64,000 nucleotides of DNA from Camelus dromedarius. Lineage: Eukaryota. A program made the position numbers and the translations under genes. The notes beneath the pieces are model-generated. The model did not search any database, had not been told where the DNA came from, and was given only the letters and a program-made list of their open reading frames with translations. The stretch covers positions 49,664,001 to 49,728,000 of the forward strand of contig NC_087437.1 in the NCBI RefSeq assembly GCF_036321535.1, given 5' to 3'. This document shows positions 48,793-61,850 of this stretch, piece after piece (within the stretch, counting starts at the first letter, position 1; the number at the start of each line of letters is the position of its first letter).

Positions 48793-48969
48793 GGGGGAGG
48801 GTATAGCTCAGTGGTAGAGCACATGCTTAGTCTCCTGGGTTCAATCCCCAGGACCTCGATGTAAAACAACAACAACAAAAACAACAACAACAACAACTGA
48901 TAATAAATAAATAGACCTAATGACCTCCTGCCCCCAAAATAAATAAATAATTTAAAAAAATCCTTTAAA
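48793..48969 (+). mobile_element. Camelid-type tRNA-derived SINE (Vic-1-like) with degenerate TSD
   Basis: A-box/B-box head 'gggggagggtatagctcagtggtagagcacatgcttag...ctgggttcaatcccc', (CAA)n middle, 'acctaatgacctcc', A-rich tail. TSD 'aaagattgagctgaatct' (48774-48791) vs 'aaaaattgaaccaaatct' (48970-48987). Confidence 0.88.
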
Positions 48970-49964
48970 AAAAATTGAACCAAATCTGTATAGACCATTC
49001 TTGCATATTGTGTGAAGATGTTTCCATTTCTGTAAAACAAATAATGGAAAGGAAAAAAGCCCCGTGTATGAATGTGTGTATATGTGTGTGTATCTGTTGT
49101 CTGGGACTATTTAAGCAAGCCTGGAGGAACCTATGAAGAGGTCTATGTGAAGCTGTTAATGAGGGTTACTTTGCTGGGTGGTGCTGTTGTGGGTGGAAGA
49201 GGGCAGGAACGGGCCAGAGTGTAAGAGGGAAAAAGTGGACTGAAAGGGCATAATGTGCATAAATATTTATATAAATGTATCTTTATGTGTGGATAGACGT
49301 ACTAAATCTGAATAAAATACTTAAAAAAATTGATCTGCGAAATGAGAAACTGGAAGTGACCCTAATTCTCATGTGCGTTTAAAGGGATAATATGCTTTGG
49401 ATGTTTAGCTAGATTGCATGATCATCGAGGGGGCTTCAAACTGGAAACTGTACAGTTCTGTAACTTAAATGTGGCTGGGAATGCTGTTCTAATCTAATTT
49501 GCATTTTGTTCTACTTTCATCTTGTTATGTAGTTTTTCACTTCATTTCATTTTTGCCATCTTTGTATCAGTAAAGGCTGCATTATAATTGGAAAATATGT
49601 ATTATATATTATTACATGCCTAATTATAGCTAAGTGTATGTCAAAATTTCATACAATTTGTTCTACACTGTGAAACTGATCCATCTAAAAAATTTGCTAG
49701 TATTTCTACGATGTCCTGATTTAAAGGAAGCCCTCAGAGTATTATGGAGTGATCCCTAAACAAGCTGCCACCACCTGACATTTTTAATCGAGATCTTGCA
49801 TCCTCCTTCAAAAAGTGTGCCTCAAGGACTGTAACTGCTTTTGGGGTGACCAGCACACTCATTGGGCACTTCACCTGTGCAGAGGCTAGAGGCATCCATT
49901 CACCCACCTAGGTACCCCCTGCCCCAACACTTACACACACCAAGCACACACAGGAAGGCTGCAG

Positions 49965-50135
49965 TGTTTACTAAGCACTTATCCTGTGTCATATACTTTC
50001 CTCACAGAAAATCAGCAACAGCAAATGTTTTATACCATTTAATAGATCAGGAAACTGAGGCCTACAGGGTTAAGTAATCTCTTCAAGAGTGAATAAGCCA
50101 GTTTTTAAATCCTGGGTTCTTTGATGCCACAGGGC
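49965..50135 (-). mobile_element. MIR SINE
   Basis: 'ccatttaatagatcaggaaactgaggcctacagggttaagtaatct'. Confidence 0.75.
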
Positions 50136-51407
50136 AATTTGTTTGTTTGTTTTTCTCTTCCACTATAGAAACTCAGCCACATCAGACGAAGGTTTTCTGT
50201 AAGCATTTTCTTACTCTGAGGGCTTTCCCTTCCTTGAATTCTTTCCCCAGCCGCCCTTTTGAGCTGTGGGACGGAGGACGGAAGAGAAAGAACAGGAGGA
50301 GGAAGACAGGGGTAGTCTCTCTCCACACAAGCACCAGGTTTTCCTAGGAGAAACGACTGTTCTGGAAGAGCACAAATTTGGGATAACCTCCTCCTAAGAA
50401 CCTCATCTGTTCACTCCTGGAACCAATGCCTTACATCACTCCCTTGGCTTCCTGAGTGTTCTAGTCTTAAAAGGCCATTTCATCTTTACCATGTTTGGGC
50501 AGGGAGAAATACAGCTCGGAAGAGTTTAAAGATACAAAAATGAGAATAAAATGGGGAGAGGATCTTGATCGGAGCAGATTAACCTTCTTTCCCAGATCTT
50601 GACTCCTTAAGGATAAGCTTCCTTTTGTTAGGTAGCAAGAGTTGAAAGAAACTTCTGGCAAAAGAACCACTCGCTGTAATCTATGGCCTACAATAAAATG
50701 GAAACAAGGCAATGTGGATTTATTTTCTCCATTACTTTTGACTCCACCAACCCTCAGATTCAACTGAGTACAAATGTATTTGCTGTGTTTATTCCCCTCT
50801 GACAGATGCAATTTAAAATTAAACTCCTTGAGTTCGTTAAGGGGAAAAAAATCTAGCGTGCCTATTTGACATTTTAAGTCATTAATTATTGAGTAGGTTT
50901 CACCCATTGTTTTAGTAGAAGGCTGTTTTCCTTCCCATATATATTAAGATTTTTTTTTTAAACTTTCAAATAGGACAAAATAGCAGAGGACTCATTTTTA
51001 CTTCCTGTTGGCTCAAGCAGGAAACCCAGGCCAGACTTGAACTCCCCCGTGTTTGATTGATAACTCTGAAAGCATCTAGCCAGGTATTCTGAGCGCGATC
51101 CAGCAGGTAACAGCTGGAGAGCGTGTGGCAAAAGAAACCACACAGCATGGGGCCAAACCACATTTTTCATTTATTACTGAACAATTTTAGGATAAGTTAA
51201 TGCTTAACACATTGCAATCTGTTGTTTGACACAGTGTGTGATATATGTGATGTGTGTATAGTCACACAATTACATTCTGCATGTGATTGCTCACACAATC
51301 TATTATAAATTTGGAATATATTTCATACTGTCTCTTGAATTTTTAGCAGAAAAACTATATTTGACACAGACTAATACAAATCATAAAAAGATTAAACTAC
51401 ATGTAGT

Positions 51408-52243
51408 TGTTTGGGGTATATGATCCTAAGGGTCCCCCACCCAGTTCCAAAGTGTGGGTTTCCCCCCCAACACCAAGCAATTCTCTGACAATAGCTAGGT
51501 GTCCTATAACTCAACTCAATATATTTTGGACGCCATCTACCCAGAGATAGCATCAGATTCCACAGATTAAGGGTTCAGACCCACAAGACTGGCCTCTACT
51601 TCAGAGAGCAGGCAGCAAGTCCAGGTTGCTACCTTTGCTTCTGATTGACTGGTTGCTACAAATCAGAGGTTCTCATGACCTCCTCCTTGGGTTCAATTAA
51701 TTTGCTAAAGGGGCTTACAGAACTCAGAGAAATGTTTTTCTTAATAGATTTCCAGTTTGTTGTAAAGGGATATAACACAGGAACAGCCAGAGGGAAGAGA
51801 CATATAGGGCAAGGTATGGAGAAGGAGGCACAGAGCTTCCATGCCCTTTCAGAGCACACCACCCTCCCCAAATCTCCAAGTGTTCACCCAGAAGCTGTCT
51901 GAACCCTGTCCTTTTGGTTTTTACAGAGGCTTCATTACATAGGCACGACTGATTAAATCACTTGCCATTGGTAAATTGACTCAATCCCCAGCCCCTCTCT
52001 CTTCCCCTGGACAGAAGGTGGAACTAAAAGCTGCAACTCCTCCAATCACGTGTTTTCTGCCCCACGTCAGCCAACTACCCACTTCCCAGCAATGGAGCCC
52101 CATCCCGTCTTTAACTGTGGTCCAAAAGTCACCTCATTAACATAACAAAAAAGTCACCTTTATTGTTCTTATCACTTAGGAAATTCCAGAAACTGGACAA
52201 AGATCAAACATGTATTTTTTTTATTACAAATCACAGTATAACA
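51408..52243 (-). mobile_element. MER21-like ERVL solo LTR
   Basis: TG...CA ends, with 'caccaagcaattctctgaca', 'ccagagatagcatcagattccacag', 'aatcagaggttctcatgacctcctccttgggttcaattaatttgctaaag', 'ggcttcattacataggcacgactgattaaatca'. Confidence 0.85.
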
Positions 52244-52869
52244 GATACCAACCCACTCTTTGCCCATACGATACTGAAATAACTGTGCGATAATGAATTG
52301 TTAGTTCAGACATTTTGAAGGGCAAGAGAAAAATAACAAGATATCTCAAAGGGCAGCATCAGAAACAAGAGTAATGATAAAGTAGAAACAAACAGTTTGG
52401 TGGTATTCCCACTTTCTTTTGCCTTTTGGCGAGGGGACCCTAAAAGGCATCTCTCCTGTGTCTTCCCCAAGAATAACCAGCCCTGGTGTGAGTAGCAGTG
52501 AGGCTTTGTCATCTGCTGCTCATGAGTTATGAATACGCTCTCAACAGCTTCTAAGGCACTGTTTGGTATTAAACAGACCCAGGAAAGCTGACAACAGTAA
52601 TCTTTATACCCTTGATGTTCAAGGTAACTAAGTAGTAGCTAATTTAGGGCAGGGAAGGATAACGAGAGATGTCCACGTTTTCTTCTTGATGACAGGGCCA
52701 ACTGGTACCAAAGTTTATTCAACCAATCCCCTAATTTCTGAATTTGGGGCTCAATCACCTGCAAAAATGGAATATTAGAGATTTTGCATGAATTCCTCAT
52801 TTAATCTTGCCTCAGAATTTGGTTAATTGACATGGATTCTAAATTACAAGACACAGAAAATAACACACT

Positions 52870-53120
52870 TCCTATTTTTTTATTTAGGTGTAATTCATAT
52901 ACCATAAAAATTCACTTTTTAAAATGTACAATTTTGTGGCTTTTAGTACATTTACAAAGTTGTGCAACCATCACCACTATCAAATTTTAGAATATTTTTA
53001 TCACCTCAGAAAGGAACCCCACGCCTATTAGTAGTTACTTCCTATTCCTGCCTTCCCCAGGCCCGTGCAAGCATTAGCATACTTTCTGTCCCCATAGAGT
53101 TGTCTGTTCTAGACACTCCC
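52870..53120 (-). mobile_element. L1MB-like 3' end
   Basis: 'taattcatataccataaaaattcactttttaaaatgtacaatt...tgtgcaaccatcaccacta'. Confidence 0.8.
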
Positions 53121-53859
53121 GTTTTAATCAGATGAACTAAGTCATGGTGGTTACTTTTGTCCCCCCACCTCTGTCAAGAGTCCTTTGCATTCTCCCAGTA
53201 CGGACTATTTCTATACTGAACGCCTCCCTGTATAAATATCTGTATGAAGAACTTACTATGATTTTATCATCATGTCTTTTTGTCTCATCCAGGTTATTAG
53301 TCCCAGGAGATCAGGGAAACTATCGTAACACTTACCATTTACTGAGTACTTCTTGTGTTATTGGGACTTGACTGAGGTCACATTTATTGGGCACCTACTG
53401 CATATGAGGCACTGTGCTATGTCCTAGGGACACAGTCTCTACCTCAGAATTGTTTACTTCTCGCTACAGCCTTGAATGTTTCATATCATTATTGCAGTCA
53501 TCTAGACATTGAACTTCAGGTCCAGGTTTTCCTAGCTGGTCAGTGAAAGAAAAACCGAAGGTTGGATGGACTTCCCAGCTCACAGTCCCCCCAGTATGGT
53601 CCCGTTGTAACCTTCACAGGAATATTTGCACACATACCTAATTCAGAACCCAACACTCACTGTGTGTTTGGTCCGTGTTTAGTGTTGGCATTGATGCTCT
53701 TCGCACACCCTTATTGTAGATAATTCCAGAGTAGTAAGCATGTTTTGAAAAGCAGGAGAAAACATTTAACCTCCCAAGTTATCATAGAAGTGCAAAGCTA
53801 AAAGAAAAAGGAGGTGCTGCTTTAAATAATAAACATTTGTAAAGTGACTATTCAAGCGC

Positions 53860-54260
53860 TTGCAAAATTTTAGGGAAGTTGGTATATCCTTACATTTTAG
53901 ATGAAAGTGTGAATTCTTCAAGTCTTTTGGAATGCAATAGCTGTTCAAAAAAATTCAGTTCCCTGACTTATTGAAGGAATTTAATGTAAAGAAATAATTC
54001 AAAGGAAGAGAAGAGTTTTATGTACAAAAATGTTTATTACAGTGTTACTGCCAATGCCAATGCATCATTTAGATGCCCAAGAATTGTCTAATGATGTTAC
54101 AGTCTGGCAGATAAATGGAACATTCTGCAGCAACCAAAAGTCATAAGACCTAAAAAATGTTTGAAAACAATGAAAAACATTGAATGTGGACTTACATTTA
54201 AGCTTTGAATACAACTATGTAGCAATTACATGTGAAAACAAGTTTTTAAAACTTAGGAAA
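53860..54260 (+). mobile_element. L1ME-like fragment
   Basis: 'tatgtacaaaaatgtttattacagtgttact', 'aatggaacattctgcagcaacc'. Confidence 0.55.
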
Positions 54261-56029
54261 AAAATCTGGCACATAGTTAACAGTATTAATTGAATGAATG
54301 AGTGACTGAACAGAAACAGAAAACACCCTGCTAGGTATGTAATCTCATCAAGTTACAAGATTTAAATAATATACTGTGGTTGAAGCAAGATTTTAATAAT
54401 GCTAAAGGTTACATAGTGATCCAGGAAGGTTAACACTGACTTCCCAATGTAAAGGTTAACACTTAACTTTTCACTTTTCATCTTCTCATTATTTAATCAA
54501 TGCCTAAATGTGATGGTTATATTATATATATTTACACAGGAATTACCTATAAGACAAAAAAATAATACTTGTAACTCTGGATGGCATATACAAATATTTT
54601 ATTATACGTATGTAAAGACATGTACGTGTAATGCATATTCCAAAGAAATTGCCTTATTTTCAGGGTGCTGGGAAGGATATAGCATATTAAGTAGCTCTGG
54701 CAGGAGGGGAAACTTAATTGGTCAACATAGCCTCTGGTTCTTCTTTTATCTTATGTCTTGGAGGCCGTCCACTCCCGAGCCCCTCCACCTGTCACCACTG
54801 AGGAACATGTCTCCACATTCTTCAGTTCTTCAGCTGCCACTGCTGGGATGCTCGCCCTCCAGCGATGCCTCAATCCCTGCCAACAACCACGAAGAGATCC
54901 AGCCTTGCTTCACCAGGGCACTTTACCTACCCAGATCTATCTCAATCCGTAGCTTTACCTTCGCTCTTTTGCGTCTTTTTTCAGAGTAGAAATTAACTCA
55001 AGTTGTTAGAGGGGGAAGAACTGTAAATTATAGCACAAAAATCACTGTCAAATCAAAGAAAAAGGAAGCTGTTCTAATTTTGGGCACTGCAAATACATTA
55101 AACCACTTATTGAAGTTTTCTTGGTGCCTTAATATTACATGGCCTCATGGCCTTCACTCCAGGCACCCGAGATTGATCAGCTTGGAAGGAAGACAGTCTT
55201 AAACAACTAAACAGGAAATAGGACATCCCAAATCTGAGGACAGTCGCTGTGAGACTAGAACATAACAGAGCACATCTGAATTTTGTAAGGTCACAGAATA
55301 GACGTTTCTATTCAGGAATCCTTTACTGACAAAAGAAGGCTGTTCGTGGCAAGTGGAGGAGGAGGATAAAGTAGGTAAGACTCTTGGCTTACATTAATTG
55401 GCAAGGTATCTGGACTCTGGGAGTAAGATATATCTGCAGTAGCTTTTCGAGGGGGATAGTTACCTCTCTAAAGTCATGGCTTTGGGAGGAGATCAGCAGG
55501 CAGCTTTAGCTTAGTTATTGATGACCAAGTGGCAGTTAATTACAGTACTTCTTACATCTGGAGAGTTGTTTTTAGACTGGATGGATAATCTAACATTTAG
55601 ATAGTCATTTTAGACTGAATTTTATTTGTACTTATTCTTAAGTGAATATATTCTTGTGCCCTTCTCAGTCCTGGAGGTAGAAAGAAAAATTAGACATCAA
55701 TTACCTCTATTTCTAGTTTTAATCACACATTTGATAATTCTGGGTGAAAATGTCACCAACCAAAATAATGAGTTTTTCTGGTCCCTGTGCAACATTTCAC
55801 CCTAACTCTCGCCACCCTCAGGATTTTACTGCTGTATAAAAGTCATAGATTTGGGGAAAAAGAAATGAAGTTTTCATAGCAGAGCTGAGGCAGGGGTTGC
55901 TGCATTGACAAAAAAGAAATCCATGTTTGGGAATATAGAGAAATGAGGACATTATCCCAGTAATGTGTGGTCAAAGCCATGAGGGAAAGCACTTAATTCC
56001 TGTCTGGGACTGAATTTACAACATGTTTA

Positions 56030-56520
56030 GTAGAAAGAACATAGGCTTTTAAATCAGACAGTCTTGGTTTCATTCCTTAAAAGCCATATAACATTGGGCA
56101 AGCTGATTTATCTTGTTGTTCTCAGATTTTAGCATGCATTAGAATCCCCTAGAGGGCTATGTGTAGACACAGATTGCTGATTCAGTAAGTGCTGGGTTGG
56201 GCTAGCAAGTGCCCAGGGACCAGACTTTGAGAACCATCAGAATAACCCAATTTGAGTCTGTCTTTTCACCTATGACATGGTGCTGATAATACCTACCTCC
56301 CAGGATTGTATGACGACAGCATCCGGTTTGTATCGAGCACTTACCAGACACTGTACTGAGCATCTTACCAGCACTTAATTCTCACAGAAACCTCACGAGG
56401 AAGGATCTGTGATCACAGAAGAGGTAACTGAGACATGGAAAGTCAAACAGCGCAGAAGCAGTAGAGCGGAATTTTAACCCAGGCAGTCTTAAGACCAGGA
56501 CTTAACCCTGCCCTATGCCA
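56030..56520. mobile_element. MIR(+) interrupted by a MER5-like MITE (~56120-56240), followed by MIR(-)
   Basis: 'aaatcagacagtcttggtttcattcc...ttgggcaag', 'tgcattagaatcccctagaggg...ttgctgattcagtaag...gggaccagactttgagaacca', 'cacagaagaggtaactgagaca'. Confidence 0.7.
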
Positions 56521-58824
56521 TCTTCTGAAAGTAAAGGTCACGTGTAAGGGATCTGCTACAGAATCTGGCACATGGTTGCTTAATACATGTAACAACTGGT
56601 AACTTTTTGTTGTTCTTTCTCAAAAGGACCCAGGGGCAGGAAAAAAAAAAAAAAAAAAAAAAGAACAGGGTGCAGGAAGGTGATGTGCTTGGGTTTCCAG
56701 TGGCTTCTTCTGTCAAATGGTGCCAGGCTGGTGGTTTGGCTCCTTGAGCCTCTTTGCTTCCTCTGCTTAATAGAAACAGATACATCGAGAAAGGGGAGAG
56801 TCACGGGAGACTCCGTCTTCCGGGGTTTCACCCGACCGTTTCGTCTGGTGTGATTACCCATGGAGAAAGCCCTAGATTTCACTCTCTCAGGTTGAGGCAA
56901 ACCCTCACCCCCGAAGCATGTTTGCACATCATCCGGGTTGGCTCAGGACTTGGCCAGAAGGGAGTGTGTGTCATGTAGAGCCAAGCTTTAGCATTCTCAC
57001 TGGAACTTGGAACCACTCAAGTTCAAATACATCTCCCCCAGCCAACTTTGACTATCTGGCTAATATAATAATAACACTGTACAGATACCACAAGAAAGGA
57101 TGTATAACTGTACTGAAGAGGAGAATGGGAAAAGGACACGAGAAGATCCTGTTTGTTGCATCCTTCTATCTTTAGTGAAAGTTTGTGGAATGTTTTTTGG
57201 GGGGAATGGAAGCTGCTTCCAGGACTGCTGCCTCTAACTGGCCTAAGAAGTAGTCAGAACTTATATGTTTATAAGCACATCAAGCCCCAAACTAAACCCT
57301 GAATTAAAAAAAAAAATTCCCCTGGTTCAATGTAATAAGAAACAACAGCAGCAAGAAAAACGGTGATTTATTACATAAGAAATTGTTATGGATAGCTTTT
57401 GTATTTGGCTCTATTTGGAAAATAATGCCTTTAAACTCGAACAAGGCTTTCAACTTTGTCTTTCTGTTATTTCTTCTTTTATGCCTTGAAGAACAGTCAT
57501 ACAGCTTGAACAAATTCAGGGAAACTTATAGTACAAAAATCTGATACTTAGAAAAATCAGAAGAATTTTTTTCCCCAGAAAAGGAAACAAATCAAAATCC
57601 GATTATTTATGGTTGTAACTGGAACCATTCCAGTCGCTCAGGATTTAACTACTGTTCCCTTGAGCAGGCACTATTACCAAGGGTACTGGGGATGAGTGCT
57701 GTGATGAAGGGGGACGTGGCTTTTATTTCTGTGACTATGATCATTAACAAAAGAAACATATATGTACATATATACATTCATGCCTACCTATATGTAGATC
57801 TGTATCATTCATCTGCTGCTAGTTATTACATATTGAAAACTAAGACTTAGTAGAAATTCAGAATGGAAAACAAAATTGGACTCTTTTCATCAAAAAGAAC
57901 GCATGTATTTTTCTGGCCTTGCTATAATGCCTTGTGTGAATTGTCGTAGGCCTGCGAGGACTGCATTTTTCCATCCAAACCCCTCACCTCCAGAAGGCGA
58001 TGCCTTGAGGATTATCAGGACAATGTTAGCAAAGGTGTCTAGAGCCCGCTGGGTGGAGGCAGCGCTGGAAATCAAAGCCCAATTCTGTTTGGCACTTTAG
58101 ATAATCTAAGGTCTAACTTCTCTGACTGAAGCTTACTTACTGTGCATAGAAACACAAATATCAAATCCTCATGCCTGTAAAAATTCCGTCCCCAGTTACT
58201 GCTCTGCTCTCATTAGCTGGAGACCTTTGATGTTTTCCATCTACGAAGTTTCTAATCTTTCTGAGAAGTAGGGGAAGCACTCATTCCTTCACCTTTACAT
58301 TTGGTGTTTTAATTTTGTGATTCCACCTTCCCCTCCCCTCTTCCTTCCCACTTTGCAGATCTCACAGGTGTCTGGTCAGACCTGTCAGGTGGGTCTCTGT
58401 TTGCCTGTCATTTGGGAAGCTGATGGTCTTACCTGGGCATGGCTGATTGCACAAAGCGGAACAGGGGTTAGTTTGAATTGCAGGTGTGAGCAATCAGTGT
58501 AGATCAGCACTAATCCGTCAGATATTAGAACTGCCAAGCTGCTGCAGACACGGCAGAGAGAGCCAAATGCTGAGTGTGACGGTAGGCGTCTGTGCATGAG
58601 CCAGCAGTTCCAGTGCTGAGGGATTTTGTGTTTGCAGAACGTGGTCTCCCTGACTCTTACTGTGACCCTTCCTTAGTGAGGCCCCACTCTGGTCATAGCT
58701 GTACAAAAACTCCTGGTGATAAGAGAGGAATAAGACACTGATCACATCTTCAGGTAGCTTACAACCCAGAAGAGGGACGATGACGTGCAGCCTAAGGTCT
58801 GCATCGCTTACGTTGCACGATAAT

Positions 58825-59040
58825 GTATAGTGCAGGCTGAAGAGCTCTGGGTTCAGATAGCCGTTCTGTCATTTACTGTCTGCGGATCTTGAGTAAGTTT
58901 CTTATTCTCACTGAGCTTCATTTCCTCATGTACGAAATAGGGATCATACCTATTTAGAAGAGTTATTCTAAACTATGTCTCTGGCACATGGTAGGTGCTA
59001 AATACACGTTAACTGTTGTTATTGTTTTTTTACTATTATT
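58825..59040 (+). mobile_element. MIR SINE
   Basis: 'tcttgagtaagtttcttattctcactgagcttcatttcctcatgtacgaaataggg...tggcacatggtaggtgctaaata'. Confidence 0.8.
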
Positions 59041-59599
59041 ATTAGAAAGTGGTAAACGCCCTGAGTGGTACACGTGGAGTGAGAACAGGAAGGCACCACT
59101 CCTGGTCCAGGAGGCCAAGGGCCTTCCATGGCAGGCGGGATGTGGGGAACCTAAGGCTGGAGACTCAGACAGGTTCACGAGGAAATGGCATAAACAAAGG
59201 CTGTGTGGGGGCTCTGGGACCAGCAACAAGTTCCTCTGAGTCGGTGTGTTAGAGACAATGGTCCAAAGGGCTCAGTTTGTCAAGGACTGTGCTCTTAACG
59301 GTTCGTCCTTTCAAAGCACATTCTGAGATATGAAGCCCTCGTGGCCATTGATCCAGGTTCCGCTGTGAACAGTATCACTGCCATTCACTCGTTGTGCAGG
59401 GATGTGGAAGGGACATTTTTCCTTCTTGCCAGTGAGTTTGAATGACTGCACGTGCATTCCGCTGGGAACACAGGCCTTGCATTAACTTTAGTACTGTAGA
59501 CACGAGGGAGGAGCCTCCAAGCCATGGATTCCTTCAGTGCATTGATGCTTCGTATAAGCTGGTGAGGTCAGGAGGGTGCAGGCAGCTTAGGACTGAGGT

Positions 59600-59741
59600 A
59601 CATACACTAGATGGGATAATGGATGTTAGTGGAACTTACTGTGGTGATCACGTCACAGTGTAGGGAAGTCACCTTACACTTACACAGTGCTGTAGGTCAA
59701 TTTATCTCAATAAAACTGGAAAATAAATAAATAAATAAAAA
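59600..59741 (+). mobile_element. L1MA-like 3' end with (TAAA)n tail
   Basis: 'atggatgttagtggaacttactgtggtgatca...tgtaggtcaatttatctcaataaaactggaaaataaataaataaataaaaa'. Confidence 0.75.
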
Positions 59742-61129
59742 AGACAGATACACAGAAAAGTGACTTGTAAGAAGAATAATCCATCACGTCAGGTGGAAAT
59801 AGATGAAGTCAGGAAACCTCTGTCATTAGTGGGGAGACCCTGGGGCAAGTCACCTCATTTTTCCAGGGCCTCAGTTGCCTCACTTATAAAGTGAGGGTGT
59901 CACACTACTCGTGAGTGGAAATCAAATTTTCTATTCTTTCTAGGGCGGCAGCAAAAGCCCTTCCAAGCCACTAAATGCAATGTAGAATCACAACCTGTAA
60001 GTGAGGTAAAAGCGGAGCTGCTCCAGCCAGTGGGTGGAGCCAAGGCCGTGGGGTCCTCTCCCGCCTGCCCCACCCTCAGAGTCTGGCAGAGGAGGTCACC
60101 TAGTCCTCCTCTGGGCGTGGTGTCCAAGCTGATGGACCACAAGGTCGCTGAGATCCCTCATACTTCCAGCATGTCCCATCCCAGCTTAAATTAACGTGAC
60201 AGCAGGGGACTTGTAGCTGTCACCTTTTCCATTAACTTGACTGAAAAGTTTTAGAAAATAAACTTGTCTCCCCAGGCCTCTCTTTTAGCAGATTGCATAA
60301 TATTTACTTACTGATGGTTTTTATTCATAAGACAAACTTCGTTTTACTAATGAATGCCAGATCCCCAAGAGTCCTGATAGGAAGGGCACTGAAAAATTAT
60401 ACCTCATTGTGAGTCAGAGATATTCTTAGTCACACGGGAAGCTCTCTTTGCTAGGAATTATACTCAAGTGTTCACAGTGAAAATCTTGCCTGGCATTGAA
60501 ACCGAGGTGAGCAAAGTTAAATAAAGAGATAGGGAAGCGACTTCCCCTGGCGTTGGCTGATGCTTATCTGTGGATGACCAGCTAAGTGAGAGCAGCTCAG
60601 TCAGAGAGAAGGACGAATGCTCTGGCCTTGGGAAGTCTAGTGAAAAGGAAAGCAGCTGAAAGATGCTGACATCCTAACCCTTCAAAAGTTTCTTAGTCCA
60701 CTTCCACCCCTGATATCAGTCCGTGCTCAGCTGGAGAAGATGCCTTAACACGTGGACTGTGTGTGCCACCCAGCACTGTTCTTCCCCAGCAGCGGCAGCC
60801 CTTCAATGGGGAAGGAAGTCAAGACCTTGCTGGTCTCTAATGCCGCAAAAACTTGGACCACACTCTAAGCAGAGTGATTATGCATAGACCCTAGAATTAA
60901 TGCATCATAAACTAAGAACTCATACCCTATATCCAGTGGCCAGCTGCTGTCATGGAACACCTGTGGCCAGTGGGCATATGCTCCATCCCCGAGGAGCGGC
61001 TGCACAGACCCGGGGACTCCTATGACCTTCTTAAGCCACTCAAACTTCATCTCTGCAGCTGAGGGGCACCATGGCTAGCAAAGGGGTGTGCATTCTCCTC
61101 TGTGCCTCATTTCTGTCACGTGTGCCATG

Positions 61130-61850
61130 ACTTATAATGAATTTATAATTCCCATTTACAGAATGTCAATATTCATCCTGGAAGCTTTATCTGAAGAAAA
61201 TCTCAGGTTCATCAATAATTCCTTCAGAGTTATACTTGAAAATCTATATAATTTCAAATTCTATATCAATAGTGAATTCCTAGGCTAATTTTTTCATGGA
61301 TCTAAATGCACACTAGTATACACATTATAAAAAGAAAACAAAGAAACAATCCCTGGCAAACAGAAAAGCCAATAGCAAGCTATATTCTGTGCATTGGCTC
61401 TACGGGAAGGGATAGCTGTAAAGCTGTATTGCTCCTGCTGTGTAAGGACATTCTAATTCAAGCCTTAATACTTTGGAAAGTCCCTTAACCCCTCTAATCC
61501 TCAATTTCTTCTGTAAAATCAGTTTAATATAATTTACCTTGCAGAGTGGTTATGAGAAACAGAAAGTATATTTTTTACCTTCTTAGCATAACTCACAGGA
61601 AGTGACAAGTGGTAACTTTGTTGTTGTCACTTAGCCTCTACTGGTTAACTGGTTGATCTTGTTGACGATTGTGTCTAAACCATTTAAACTCATCAAGTAC
61701 TAATTACTTATCTGAAATTCTCTAAAAGATTGATCCTGTCTAGCTAGACAGCTGTGTCCATACCAAGAGCTCACATGAGAGATGGCCCATGGTCAATCGT
61801 CCAATGTACATTGACATTCTGTAAATGGGAATTATAAATTCATTATAAGT
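61130..61850. repeat. Perfect 41-bp inverted repeat, arms 61130-61170 and 61810-61850, spacer 639 bp
   Basis: 'acttataatgaatttataattcccatttacagaatgtcaat' and its exact reverse complement. The ORF track shows TYNEFIIPIYRMS on both strands. Confidence 0.97.

Noticed and set aside
48793..48865. tRNA-like sequence
   Set aside because: It is a SINE head: internal deletion, no complete cloverleaf, followed by a SINE body, A-tail and TSD.
54510..54989. 159-aa ORF with a C-rich patch
   Set aside because: No ATG context or homology that I can recognise, and the composition is heterogeneous. I could not assign it as an exon or retrocopy.
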